This document shows, in pieces, positions 27,290 through 37,640 of a stretch of 64,000 nt of DNA (within the stretch, counting starts at the first letter, position 1; every line of letters begins with the position of its first letter). Under the pieces are notes generated by a model that did no database searches, was not told the origin of the DNA, and saw only the letters and a program-made list of their open reading frames with translations. The DNA comes from Patescibacteria group bacterium. Its GTDB lineage: Bacteria > Patescibacteriota > Patescibacteriia > 2-01-FULL-39-33. Location: NCBI GenBank assembly GCA_041650895.1, contig JBAZKF010000001.1, forward strand, positions 428,132 to 492,131, written 5' to 3'. The translations under genes and the position numbers were made by a program.

Positions 27290-28975
27290 ATGAATCAGGT
27301 AGAACAGTATGCGGAAGCTTTTCGACGGGGTTATTTGGGCGACGTTGAAGCCAATGGCGTACTGGGCCGTATTATTCGCGGCAAAAGCCCCAAGGACTTT
27401 GAAACGCTCACCGACGATCCGACCCGAAAGTTGATTCTATTGACCGACCCGCTGGCCCTCAAAGCCATGGTCGGCGTGCCGGCCTTCGACCTTTTGCTGC
27501 GTGTCGGTTGGGACTTCCCTTACGCCGTAGGAAAAATCAAAGACGGTTTCCATGTCAAGCTGGTCGTTTTCCACGAAGGTGGCAATGCCCTGCTCTGCAC
27601 CTGGGACAATATGATCACCTTGGTCGGCAAGGCCTATCCGGAAATCGCTCAAAAAATCCGGCGCTGGCTGCCCGAACTCAAGAAACTCGATTTCCGCAAA
27701 TTCAATGAGATTGAACAGGCCTATGGCTGCGACATGTCGCAAGTCGATCATGATGGATCAACCAACCAGCAATATATGACCGTTGAACGCTACAAAACGG
27801 CGGACGATACGCTGGTCAATGCCCGAGCATTCCTGTACTTCACCGTTCACCTGCGCGAATTATTCGCCGGCGACGGCAGTACGCGCGATTCGCTCGGCAA
27901 TATCGGCGTCAAAGAATACATGGCGCTAAACTGTCCGATCAGCGAATTACAAGACGCGGTCCTGATTGACCTGAAACCGGAACTGCCGCCCGCGGCGCGC
28001 CTCGTTTTTAAGAAACGTTCGCCCGGTCCGCGTACCGGCTTCCCCAGTTACTATAATCCCGATGACGTCGGCAAGCGCTACGAGCCGCGCCTGGATTGGG
28101 TGACGGAAGACGCCAAAATGGCCAACCTGAAACCGGCCGCCCAAGCCACGGTCAAACGGCTCTTAGTCGGCATTGATTTACAAGATGATTTTATTATGCC
28201 GGAAATCAAAAATCCGGACGGTACAGCCATTCAAAAGGCGGGATCACTGCTGGTTAGCGGCGCCGTGGATGACACTCGGCGTTTAGTTGAATTAATCTAC
28301 AACGAACCGGAATATTTCACCGGCATGCTGTTCTCCCAGGATCAACATATTCCTTTCCAAATCTTTTTCCCGACTTGGTGGCGCAAACGCGACCGATCCA
28401 TGGTTGATCCCTTTACCTTCCTCACTCAGGAGGCGGTACAAAAAGGCGACTTCTATCCGGCTGTTGAGAAACAATGGTCGCTGGATTACATTAAGCAACT
28501 TAAAGAGATGATGATCTGGCCGTTCCATTGCATGATCGGCACTCCCGGATCTTCTTTGATGCCGGCGCTTGCCGAAGCCGTTCATTGGCTGTCAATCGCC
28601 AGAGGTATTCAACCCGAATACCTCTTCAAGGGTACCGTACCGAAAACCGAACATTATGGACCGTTTTGTCCGTGCGTGGAAGTGCCAACTCACCCGCAAG
28701 GCACACTCCACACCGTTCTGCTTGATCGAGTTGCCGCTCATGACGGCGGGACTGTTTTCTGCGGCGAAGCGGAAGATTACTGCGTCAAGACTGGTATGCA
28801 ACAAGTCGTGGAATATTTCGGAAAAAAACACCAATCGGCGCTTAGCCAGATCAGATTCCTGCGTGATTGCACCAGTATGGTTTTCCCGCAAAATCGACTG
28901 GAAGCGGACAACTTCCTACAAAATATGGAAGACAGGGGAGTGATCATAACCACCTGCGACAAGTTGACTGCTTAA
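27290..28975 (+). CDS. Fusion protein: uncharacterised N-terminal domain (about 280 aa) plus a C-terminal isochorismatase/nicotinamidase-like cysteine hydrolase
   Basis: The C-terminal half has LLVGIDLQDDF (Asp of the triad) and CGEAEDYCV (catalytic Cys motif of isochorismatase-like hydrolases). RBS aaggaga. Confidence 0.55.
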   Translation: MNQVEQYAEAFRRGYLGDVEANGVLGRIIRGKSPKDFETLTDDPTRKLILLTDPLALKAMVGVPAFDLLLRVGWDFPYAVGKIKDGFHVKLVVFHEGGNALLCTWDNMITLVGKAYPEIAQKIRRWLPELKKLDFRKFNEIEQAYGCDMSQVDHDGSTNQQYMTVERYKTADDTLVNARAFLYFTVHLRELFAGDGSTRDSLGNIGVKEYMALNCPISELQDAVLIDLKPELPPAARLVFKKRSPGPRTGFPSYYNPDDVGKRYEPRLDWVTEDAKMANLKPAAQATVKRLLVGIDLQDDFIMPEIKNPDGTAIQKAGSLLVSGAVDDTRRLVELIYNEPEYFTGMLFSQDQHIPFQIFFPTWWRKRDRSMVDPFTFLTQEAVQKGDFYPAVEKQWSLDYIKQLKEMMIWPFHCMIGTPGSSLMPALAEAVHWLSIARGIQPEYLFKGTVPKTEHYGPFCPCVEVPTHPQGTLHTVLLDRVAAHDGGTVFCGEAEDYCVKTGMQQVVEYFGKKHQSALSQIRFLRDCTSMVFPQNRLEADNFLQNMEDRGVIITTCDKLTA

Positions 28976-29068
28976 TCAATATTTTTAACCGACCGGGGGT
29001 GGCCGAAAAATTCGGCCACCCCCATAATCAATAAACATAATCGCAACCGACAAAAAGGAGATCACCAA

Positions 29069-29905
29069 ATGAGTACAGCTTCAAAAGCCAGTATTACTGG
29101 TTTGTTCCAGTGCGACGACGCGAAAGTCCTCGGCATTACAAGTGATGCTTCGGACGTCATAATCGCCAACTTGAATGCCAACAACCTACCCATGTGCGTT
29201 GGTGCGCCCATTGACCAGCTTGCCTCCGATGACGTAATAGTCATTGAATTTATTCTTGACGCCTCCCCCTCAATGGAAGAAGTTGCCGACCTGCTGATTG
29301 AAACCTTCAACGAGGTAATGATCGAGGGATTGCGCGGTTCTTCCAAAAAAACCGCCAATGCCATCGTCATCGGCGGCATTGCCTTCAGTCGGGACATCAG
29401 GAGTTTGTTCGGCGGCGGCTTCGTACGTTTGGAGGAATTGCCCAAGCTGACCAAACGCGAATACAACCCCAGCAACGGTTCTTCCACCAATCTGTACCAA
29501 GCCCTGTTGGACGGCATCACTGCGGCTAGCGCCTACGGTCTTCAAGTCTTACAAGAAAACAGCACACCGCCCAAAATTATCGTCATCTGTTTGACGGACG
29601 GGGGGGACAACTGCCACCAAGCAGACCCGGCCGATGTGAAAACCTTGACTGAAACTATGAGCCGCGAACTCTGCAAATTCCCTCTGGCCGTTTTTGAAAC
29701 TTACGAACGGGTTGATTGCCAGCAGATTGCTGGAGCCACCGGTTTTGAAGCTCATAACTTCAAAAAACAGCCGGGCGAAACCAAAGAAGATCTTCAGCGG
29801 CGTTTCCGCCACATGATGGGCACGATGTCCAGCTCAATTATTTCGGCCAGCCAAGCAAAAATCGGCACGGATTCGAAATCGGCTTTCTGGACGCCGGGAC
29901 AATAA
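29069..29905 (+). CDS. von Willebrand factor A (vWA) domain protein, TerY-like
   Basis: MIDAS motif IEFILDASPSM (DxSxS) with a downstream LTDGGDN. RBS aaaaggaga. Confidence 0.7.
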   Translation: MSTASKASITGLFQCDDAKVLGITSDASDVIIANLNANNLPMCVGAPIDQLASDDVIVIEFILDASPSMEEVADLLIETFNEVMIEGLRGSSKKTANAIVIGGIAFSRDIRSLFGGGFVRLEELPKLTKREYNPSNGSSTNLYQALLDGITAASAYGLQVLQENSTPPKIIVICLTDGGDNCHQADPADVKTLTETMSRELCKFPLAVFETYERVDCQQIAGATGFEAHNFKKQPGETKEDLQRRFRHMMGTMSSSIISASQAKIGTDSKSAFWTPGQ

Positions 29906-30061
29906 CATCCGGCCGTTAGCACTTTAAGTAGTTTTATCCAAAGCCAAATCGGGGGGAGGCTGCCAAAACGGCAGCCCCCTCCGAAATTTTTAAAGACTTG
30001 CCATTAAAATATTTTTGATGATAATTCTTTAATCTCAAGAATTAGCTTGAGATTATGAACC

Positions 30062-31066
30062 TTGACCAACAACCAAGAAGGGAAACAAAACAGCATGTAC
30101 GCGTTGGACAGAGAAAGTTGCGGTGCGGTAGTCAATAGGGCCGCCAAGTGGGGTCTTTCCTATTGCCAAAGAAACGGCATTCATTACCTGATTACTCCGA
30201 GTTCCGGCGGCCGTGACAGCGCCATCACCCTGGGTATCAACCAGCGGGTCTGCCAATTGGCGACTCGAGAAAAATACCCATTGACTTCAGTCGGCGTGAC
30301 ACTGCCCTGCCATACTCCGGAAAAAATTACCCGGCTGGGGCAATTGGCCATCAGAACCTTCGGAGCCGAGGAGTTAGGACCGCTTGATTTAAGTGTGGAC
30401 TTTGACGAGCTGATGGAATTGCTATTTGGAGAAAACTTTTATGGCGATAAATTAGACCAGGAAATCAAGGCGATTATGTGCAAGAAAAATGACCAAGCCG
30501 GGCTGGCTCATTGGAAAGGCAACCTCCAAGTCGCCCGGGGCAATATCAAAGCCCGCCTGCGTATGATCGCCGCTTACCACATTGCCAAAATGTTCGGCAG
30601 CGGAGTAGTGGTCGGCACCGACAACCTATCGGAATTCTGGATGGGCTTCTGGACGCTTCACGGCGACGTCGGCGACATCGGTTATATCCAGAATCTGCTT
30701 AAGGGACTGGAACTGGAATCAATCGCCAGATACCTCGGCGTACCCAAAAAAATCATGGCCGAAGAACCGTCGGACGGCTTGGGTGTTAAAAAGGGCGGTG
30801 ATGCCGCCCAACTCGGAGCGGACTACCCGACTTTGGACGTCATGATGCTTGATTTGATTCAACAGGGCTTTAACTTGGACGGACACAAAAAACAATTGGA
30901 TAACTTGCCTCAACCTCGGATTCAGTCAGCCGACCCCGAACTGATTCTCTCCTTAGCAGCTAGGGCAGTGGGAAATTCGTTCAAGCGACGCGGACCAACC
31001 TACCCCTCGCGCAAACAACTGGGCCTGCTACCCCTTGAGGTCATCAAGATCTGCCCCTTCCCTTGA
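30062..31066 (+). CDS. nadE: NAD+ synthetase-like PP-loop ATP pyrophosphatase (NadE family)
   Basis: PP-loop SSGGRDS plus NIKARLRMIAAYHIA...GTDNLSEFWMGFWTLHGDVGDIGYIQNL, closely parallel to NadE signature regions. Confidence 0.7.
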   Translation: MTNNQEGKQNSMYALDRESCGAVVNRAAKWGLSYCQRNGIHYLITPSSGGRDSAITLGINQRVCQLATREKYPLTSVGVTLPCHTPEKITRLGQLAIRTFGAEELGPLDLSVDFDELMELLFGENFYGDKLDQEIKAIMCKKNDQAGLAHWKGNLQVARGNIKARLRMIAAYHIAKMFGSGVVVGTDNLSEFWMGFWTLHGDVGDIGYIQNLLKGLELESIARYLGVPKKIMAEEPSDGLGVKKGGDAAQLGADYPTLDVMMLDLIQQGFNLDGHKKQLDNLPQPRIQSADPELILSLAARAVGNSFKRRGPTYPSRKQLGLLPLEVIKICPFP

Positions 31067-31339
31067 GATCATCAAGCTCGGTATAGCACTTTAATCAATA
31101 CAGCACCTTAACCAAACCAACCCGCAATTTTTGCGGGTTTTATAATTATGAAAAATAAACAATGGCAGTATCTCATCTCGCTGGTTATTACTTATTTATC
31201 CAATTTTAAACAAAAAAACTTTAATCAAGAGGTGATTAAATATTGCCAGTTGACTTTTTTTCATATCTATGATACAATTTAATGTTCAACATGAACAACA
31301 AGGAAAAATACCTAACTGAACCTTACAAGGAGACGCGCA

Positions 31340-31930
31340 ATGGGTTATAGCTTTTATGCTTATTCTAAAGCAAGATTCCTGGAAACTGACGGCCCGGGAA
31401 AACACCACCCCAATGAAGTATTGCATATTCTGCTTGAATATGAAGAAGATAGATTCCTGCTTGACGGCCAACTCGAGGGCGTCTATCAAGTCACGGGGGA
31501 AGAGAAAGATTTTAACATGTGTTTCGGCAATTACAATACCTGGCGAACCATCATGTTCAAAATCTTGGATAAAATATCATTGGCCAATTCCCAAACCGCC
31601 TGGGATGATGCCGGAGAGGACGGGATATTCCATGCCATGATTCACCTTTGCACCTACGGAGTAATTATTGGTCCAGTCACTTCTAAAAAATTGGCTGGGG
31701 ATTTCAAAAACTACCGATCAACCATCGAAGAATTGGTTAATAATGATCAGGAAGTCCGAGAGGTTATTGAGGGTGAGATCGCTGAAGAACGCGAGGAGTA
31801 CCCTCAACAGCCAGAGATGGCAATGGACCAAGCTGTCGAAGAAAAAAGACAGTATTTTATGGAATATTATGACTATTTCTGCGAACTATTCACGCTATCC
31901 AGCAATGATGGATTTATGCGCATGTCATGA
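31340..31930 (+). CDS. Hypothetical acidic protein (196 aa), last gene of the island. Followed by a hairpin terminator at 31938-31966.
   Basis: RBS caaggaga. No motif recognised. Confidence 0.4.
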   Translation: MGYSFYAYSKARFLETDGPGKHHPNEVLHILLEYEEDRFLLDGQLEGVYQVTGEEKDFNMCFGNYNTWRTIMFKILDKISLANSQTAWDDAGEDGIFHAMIHLCTYGVIIGPVTSKKLAGDFKNYRSTIEELVNNDQEVREVIEGEIAEEREEYPQQPEMAMDQAVEEKRQYFMEYYDYFCELFTLSSNDGFMRMS

Positions 31931-32109
31931 CTCTTCTCTGAGCACAATGCCGTCACCCGCGAGGTGACGGCTTTTAAATTACAAAAAATACCCCTTAACC
32001 GGGGTATTTCATAATCGCAACCGTGATTTGTTATACAAATTCTATTAGATTATAAAAAGGCTACTGACCAGAAGGGTTGAAAGAATCAAGCCAAATTTTA
32101 GTTGAAAAC

Positions 32110-33069
32110 TCAACGTATCGCCCCGGCATCCGCCTGTGTTTCTCTTTTCATTTCTTCTATCTGCCTCTTAATATCCTCACTGGTTGGCGGTTGGTTTCCT
32201 ATTGACTGATTTAGCTCACCATCAACAGGCCCATTAGCACCTTCAGAACGCCCGGAAGCAGAAGCGTCATCTAAGGTAGCACTCGAATCAGAAGAATTGA
32301 ATGATTCTTTATCGGGGTTTTGTAACGCCATTTCGGCTTTATTAATTTCTAACAAATCCATAGCGTTTTTATAATCAATCATACTGCAACTGAAAGAAAA
32401 ATCACCGTCATAGATAGCTCCCATCGCGGTTTCATTACATTTCCTATCAATAATTATATGATCTCCGTCCGCTAACAAATCATGGCCCGGGGAATTGTCC
32501 AATTGATAGACTCCGGAACAGCCATGATGAGGCAAACCCGGACTCGCCTCTTCATCAATAATAACGCTGACCCACTGCTTATTTTCCGTATCAGGGTCAG
32601 TGACAATATACTTTCCGTTATAATCAATTCTTAGCGGTAATTCATTGCGGCTATAAACCTCCGTTAAGGATCCGTATTCTTTAACCGGAACGTCAATTTT
32701 TATGCCGCCCAATGATTGGCCCAAAATGCCATCATATTTATATTTCAATTGCCGAGACATGATAAATAACTTGTTTGACTCTTTATTATAAAGTATTAAT
32801 TCCTTGGAAGAATAATCAACTATGCCGTTAGCGGCAAAAGCCTTATCCGAATGAACGCTGTTTATCTTCATCTCTCCCAAGCAAAAAGAATACTTGGATG
32901 TATCTTTTAATTCGTCATACCACAGTTGCTCGATTTTCCGTTGATCTTCTTGGGCGCTATCGGCCGATTCGTTTAACCCGAAGGGATTTGATTTGGCAAC
33001 GTAGATTCCGCCAATAATAATCGCGGCCGAAGCAGTAGCTAATCCTCCGATGAGTAATTCTTTTTTCAT
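32110..33069 (-). CDS. Hypothetical secreted or membrane-anchored protein
   Basis: N-terminal hydrophobic segment MKKELLIGGLATASAAIIIGGIYVA. The ORF opens at 33099. Confidence 0.45.
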   Translation of the reverse strand: MKKELLIGGLATASAAIIIGGIYVAKSNPFGLNESADSAQEDQRKIEQLWYDELKDTSKYSFCLGEMKINSVHSDKAFAANGIVDYSSKELILYNKESNKLFIMSRQLKYKYDGILGQSLGGIKIDVPVKEYGSLTEVYSRNELPLRIDYNGKYIVTDPDTENKQWVSVIIDEEASPGLPHHGCSGVYQLDNSPGHDLLADGDHIIIDRKCNETAMGAIYDGDFSFSCSMIDYKNAMDLLEINKAEMALQNPDKESFNSSDSSATLDDASASGRSEGANGPVDGELNQSIGNQPPTSEDIKRQIEEMKRETQADAGAIR

Positions 33070-33079
33070 AGAATTGAAG

Positions 33080-33583
33080 TTATAAACCGCAGACCTCACT
33101 CATAGACGGACAATCATTGGTGGCAATCATGCAGTCTATTTTTTTCTTATCCCATTTAGCGCATTCGCCCAAGCAGTAATTATAGCCGTCATTGAATACT
33201 GTTTCGCTGACATTAGGTACCAAAGTCAAACAATTCATAACATATTTATTGCACGCCGCTTCACAATCATTTTTAGCTACCGGCAAATTAGGTTCATTGA
33301 TCTCCGGGATCAATTCAGTCATCCTATCTTTGGGTTTGGCTAGCATCCCCGAACAATCGGAGGCGGTCTTAATTTTGTCTTTAGTCGCCTGATCCCAATT
33401 GACGCATTGGCTCCGGCATTCCTCCCCTGATGCAAACTCAGCGCATTTGCTGTTGGCTTGAGCGCAGAGACTGGCACAATCATTGCTGACCTCCGAGCCA
33501 GTTATTTTGTTTGAATTATCAGTACAACCAGAAACTACAAAAACGGCTGATAATAGAACACAAAGATACAGATATTTAGTCAT
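33080..33583 (-). CDS. Cys-rich putative lipoprotein
   Basis: Signal peptide plus a lipobox-like VVSGC. The mature part has 18 Cys. Confidence 0.5.
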   Translation of the reverse strand: MTKYLYLCVLLSAVFVVSGCTDNSNKITGSEVSNDCASLCAQANSKCAEFASGEECRSQCVNWDQATKDKIKTASDCSGMLAKPKDRMTELIPEINEPNLPVAKNDCEAACNKYVMNCLTLVPNVSETVFNDGYNYCLGECAKWDKKKIDCMIATNDCPSMSEVCGL

Positions 33584-33653
33584 GGTTTTGCTTATTATTT
33601 ATAATATAATCCTACCATTATTACAAAATATATTCAATATTTTTATAAAAAAA

Positions 33654-33826
33654 TACTCCGGCTTATGGGAGTATTTTTAATTTCTGGGTCACGACCGTGA
33701 TTTGATCATAGAAATACTGAGCGATCCAGAGGAAATAAGGTTAATTAAAAAGAAGTTGGAGAGAATTAATGAATTGGTTCCTTTTTTATAATATGGCATA
33801 GCTCAACTTGATGACTATACCATATT
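33654..33826 (+). repeat. Fic-associated module copy R1: hairpin plus T-run (33654-33678), peptide-coding-like repeat (33681-33791), and the palindrome AATATGGCATAG-N13-CTATACCATATT (33790-33826)
   Basis: Shared with 34964-35084 and 39184-39373. See findings. Confidence 0.6.
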
Positions 33827-34892
33827 AGATAATTTTGTATCTTACACTCCGCCCAGCGCCTAATCGTTCCACTTTTTTCATCTCCAGTAGTTTATTTAGA
33901 GCTTGAACGACTGTCGGTGCTGGTATTTTTAACTTCTCTCGCAACTCTTTCGGCGTTACCATTTTATGATCTTTTAAATAACTCCAGATTTCCGACTGCC
34001 TAACCGATAATTGATTCTCAATATTTTCCTTGTCTAATAATCCTAAAGCTAATTTAGTTTGCTTTAAAATAATTTCTAGAAAATATACCAGCCAAGGCGT
34101 GATATCCTCTATTGATTTGCCACGTTTTCTTTGTGACTTATTTAGTGCCAAATAATAATTCTCTTTATTATCCTCGATTAGTTTTTCATGCGATACATAG
34201 GGCAGATACTCGTAGCCAGCCTTTAAAAGCAGTAGATTAGTCAAAACCCGCGAAGTCCTGCCATTACCGTCCTGAAAAGGGTGAATTGAGAGGAATTCAA
34301 AAACAAAATTAGCGATAATTAATAACGAGTTGATTTGTTTGTTTTCTAATTCCTCTTTAGTCCAATCGACTAATTCTCCCATTTCTTTAACAACTAAATG
34401 CGGCTTAGTTGTTTCAAACAATACTCCAACTAATTTACCGCTAGCATTATGTGCTTCGACGCGATTATCGCCGAATTTATATTGACCCTTATGCCGAACA
34501 TCTTTTTCTGAATATTTTAAAAGTTCGGCATAAAAATGCTTAATTAAATTTTCTGATAAGTGAAGATTTTTATAAGATTCAAAAATATTAGCTAATAATT
34601 CAGCATAACCGGCGACTTCTTGTTCATCTCTGGTTACCAGTTTAGTGATTTTTAAGCCTTTCAGTAATTTTTCTACCTGCTCATCTGTTAATTTAGCTCC
34701 CTCAATACGCGTGGAAGCTCCAGAGGAGGTTACAATAACTGATTTCTTTAATCGACTTAAAGATTGGGGCGATAAGTTAGCGCCCATTTTCCATTGACCC
34801 TTCAATTCGTCAATCTGGCTGATTAAACCGTAAATCTTATTGACCATTGTCGGCTCCAATTCTAATCTCTTACTTAGTTTATTTTTATTCAT
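33825..34892 (-). CDS. Fic-family (filamentation induced by cAMP / AMPylase-type) protein, class II, with an N-terminal inhibitory helix
   Basis: Active-site loop HPFQDGNGRTSR and the N-terminal inhibitory motif SGASTRIEGA ((S/T)xxxE(G/N)). Confidence 0.8.
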   Translation of the reverse strand: MNKNKLSKRLELEPTMVNKIYGLISQIDELKGQWKMGANLSPQSLSRLKKSVIVTSSGASTRIEGAKLTDEQVEKLLKGLKITKLVTRDEQEVAGYAELLANIFESYKNLHLSENLIKHFYAELLKYSEKDVRHKGQYKFGDNRVEAHNASGKLVGVLFETTKPHLVVKEMGELVDWTKEELENKQINSLLIIANFVFEFLSIHPFQDGNGRTSRVLTNLLLLKAGYEYLPYVSHEKLIEDNKENYYLALNKSQRKRGKSIEDITPWLVYFLEIILKQTKLALGLLDKENIENQLSVRQSEIWSYLKDHKMVTPKELREKLKIPAPTVVQALNKLLEMKKVERLGAGRSVRYKII

Positions 34893-34963
34893 ATATTTTG
34901 ACTATATTGCTTATATATTCAATTATATACGATTATATTTGATTTATCAATAGATAACAAAAA

Positions 34964-35084
34964 AGATGCAATAAATGCATCTTTTTTAAATCTGGGTCAC
35001 GACCGTGATTTGCTCATAGAAATCCTATCGAATCCGGAGGAGATTGGCTTAATTAAGCGGAAGTTGGAGAGAATTAAAGAATAA
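34964..35084 (+). repeat. Fic-associated module copy R2: hairpin plus T-run and the peptide-coding-like repeat. No palindrome.
   Basis: About 85% nt identity to R1 over about 90 bp. Confidence 0.6.
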
Positions 35085-35144
35085 GTACCGATTTAAAGTC
35101 TCAACAAAACGGGTAAAGCATGAAATTTATTCTCGAGATATTTA

Positions 35145-36257
35145 TTATTTTAATAATTTACTAGCTAAACAGGTTGCGATCGGCATAGACAGCATTAATC
35201 CAATACTGCCGACTAATGTCCTAACGATTTCCGTAGCTATCGCATCGTTATTGATGACTTGAAAAAAATCAACAGGATCGGTAGGACTAAGATAAAATAA
35301 CATTAAAAGAGGCAGGGAAACGCCGACATAAGTCAAAAACAACGTATTAACAATAGCCCCCAAGTGAGTTTGCCCGACCTTGAGACCCATCTTAAAAACT
35401 TGATTTGATGGCAAGGATGAGTTTGCCAATTTAATCTGCGCCACTGCTTCAATCTGTCCCAAAATAATATCATCCAATACGCCAACAGTTCCTATCAAAA
35501 TTCCAGCTAATAATAATCCTTGAAAATTTATACTTCCAATACTGGTTCCAATTAAAAGTGTTGCTTCTTCTGTAGAGAAGCCAGATAATCTAGTCAACCA
35601 AGTAAATAAATATGCTAATAATAATGTTAAAATTAATGAAATAAAAACTGTTAATACCGCTAAATGTGCTTTTCTATTAAAGCCATCCGTCAAATAAATA
35701 ATTATAACCATAATTAATAAAGATCCTAGAACAGCGACAATTAGAGGATTAGCGTCAGCAAGTAATTGAGGAATAATCAGAAATATAATGACTACGAAAC
35801 TTAAAATTAAGCTCAACAATGATTTTATTCCCTTGCGCCCGCTAACTAGAATGGTTAATAAAACAAATATAACTGCTAACAGATAAAGCCAGCCAGTACG
35901 GATATAGTCAGTGACAAAATACTGCTCATCGCCATTTTCTCTGCTTATAACATCAACATAAACTTTATCCCCAGCGTTATAAGCGCCGACCGAAACAACA
36001 TCAAAATCTCCAATTCCAAAAGAAGTCACTTCCTTATTCTTTAGAGGTCCGCTTAACGCTTTTAATAATAAATTTTGTTGGATTGCTACTGATCCATCTT
36101 CACGATTAAACTTTTTTTCTTCCAACACCTTAATGACTTTTGCCTTAAAAGTGTTATTTTGGTTTTTGGTTTGAGCATTAACAAAAAATGGAGTGAACAC
36201 TAAAAAAGCTAAAATAAATACTATTGATAAATTTACATAGCTATTGTTCATAAACAA
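35145..36257 (-). CDS. Polytopic membrane protein (possibly YibE/F-like)
   Basis: Signal/TM segment, a periplasmic-like domain, then 6-7 TM helices. Confidence 0.4.
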   Translation of the reverse strand: MFMNNSYVNLSIVFILAFLVFTPFFVNAQTKNQNNTFKAKVIKVLEEKKFNREDGSVAIQQNLLLKALSGPLKNKEVTSFGIGDFDVVSVGAYNAGDKVYVDVISRENGDEQYFVTDYIRTGWLYLLAVIFVLLTILVSGRKGIKSLLSLILSFVVIIFLIIPQLLADANPLIVAVLGSLLIMVIIIYLTDGFNRKAHLAVLTVFISLILTLLLAYLFTWLTRLSGFSTEEATLLIGTSIGSINFQGLLLAGILIGTVGVLDDIILGQIEAVAQIKLANSSLPSNQVFKMGLKVGQTHLGAIVNTLFLTYVGVSLPLLMLFYLSPTDPVDFFQVINNDAIATEIVRTLVGSIGLMLSMPIATCLASKLLK

Positions 36258-36260
36258 CTA

Positions 36261-37085
36261 TTAAATTAGATTCATTAAATAAATTACCAAGAACATAAAA
36301 CCTAAACCCAAAATAGTCCCCAAAATACTTAAATGCCCATGTCCCAATCTTTTGGCGGCAGGAATTAATTCATCAATGGCAACATAGAACATAATACCAG
36401 CAACAGCGGCTAATAAAGAACCCATCAATAAGGGATTCGGGAAATTAATAAATAGAAGAAGGGCTAATATTGCGCCGATTGGCTCTGCAATGCCAGCAAT
36501 AAATGAATAAAAAATACCGCGCCAACGACTCCCAGTCGAACAATAAATAGGTAATGCAACACAAAATCCCTCCGGTATATTATGTATAGCAATTGCTAAA
36601 GCCATTATTAACCCTAAATATGGATTATACACAGCTGAAGTAAAGGTTATAACACCCTCTGGCAAATTATGCAATCCAATTGCAATTGCAACAAATACAC
36701 CAGTAGCCATCAATTTTTTATTTCCGATTTTATCACATTTTATTGAATTATTTGATTTTTTTTCGATCAAACAAATATTATCATCATGTTTGCTACCACG
36801 ATCTAAAAAATAATGTGTCAGCATATCAAGAAAATAAGCAATCAGCGCGCCCAAAGCAAAATAAAAAATTACAATCTGTTTATCATGTAAAATATTTAAT
36901 GATTCTGGTAATAATTCAAAAAAAGATAAGTAAACCATAATACCAGCCGAAAAACCCAACCCCAAGGCGACGCGTTTTAATGGTAAACCCTTAAAGGCAA
37001 AAACAAAAAAGGCACCCAATAAGGACGCCATTCCCGCAAAAAAGGAAACGGTTAGAGCAAATTGAATATTAGACAAATTTAACAT
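36261..37085 (-). CDS. ZIP-family divalent metal (zinc) transporter
   Basis: Paired HNLPEGV / HNIPEGF signature motifs of ZupT-like ZIP transporters. Confidence 0.75.
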   Translation of the reverse strand: MLNLSNIQFALTVSFFAGMASLLGAFFVFAFKGLPLKRVALGLGFSAGIMVYLSFFELLPESLNILHDKQIVIFYFALGALIAYFLDMLTHYFLDRGSKHDDNICLIEKKSNNSIKCDKIGNKKLMATGVFVAIAIGLHNLPEGVITFTSAVYNPYLGLIMALAIAIHNIPEGFCVALPIYCSTGSRWRGIFYSFIAGIAEPIGAILALLLFINFPNPLLMGSLLAAVAGIMFYVAIDELIPAAKRLGHGHLSILGTILGLGFMFLVIYLMNLI

Positions 37086-37146
37086 AAATAATTTTGTTTA
37101 TTACGTTTTTTTTCCACTGCACCGACATTAATACTAATTAATCAAT

Positions 37147-37419
37147 CTATATTTCACTTTTAAACAAATTTTTAATACTACAAACAATCCACTGCCAATG
37201 TAAAATTAAGTGGATAACAACTAAAACAATTAAAATAATTCCCGTCCAATCATGAATTGATGAATATACTGACTTAGTTATCCCGAAAAATTCTTGATAA
37301 CGGCCCTGTCTAACGCCCTCCGGTAAAAAGAAAAATATGATTAATCCCGTTTTAGCAACCACTAAAAAGCTAATAAAAGCTAATAAATCGACTAAAAAAT
37401 TAAGTTTGTTTTTTTTCAT
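37147..37419 (-). CDS. Small membrane protein (90 aa)
   Basis: Two or three hydrophobic helices. No motif recognised. Confidence 0.4.
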   Translation of the reverse strand: MKKNKLNFLVDLLAFISFLVVAKTGLIIFFFLPEGVRQGRYQEFFGITKSVYSSIHDWTGIILIVLVVIHLILHWQWIVCSIKNLFKSEI

Positions 37420-37640
37420 ATAATTTATTCTAGATTAATAATTATTTATTGATATTTATACATAAATTATAGCATAAATACTAAATATAATTCTAATTTA
37501 ATATGTAATATAACTTTATTGCCCCTCTATCAATTAACTAATAAAACTTGACAAATTTTAGTTTTGGGTATATACTCATAATAGGTAACCTTAAGAAAGG
37601 TCGGATTATCGAGTATAATTAACTTAAATTACACAAAAAT

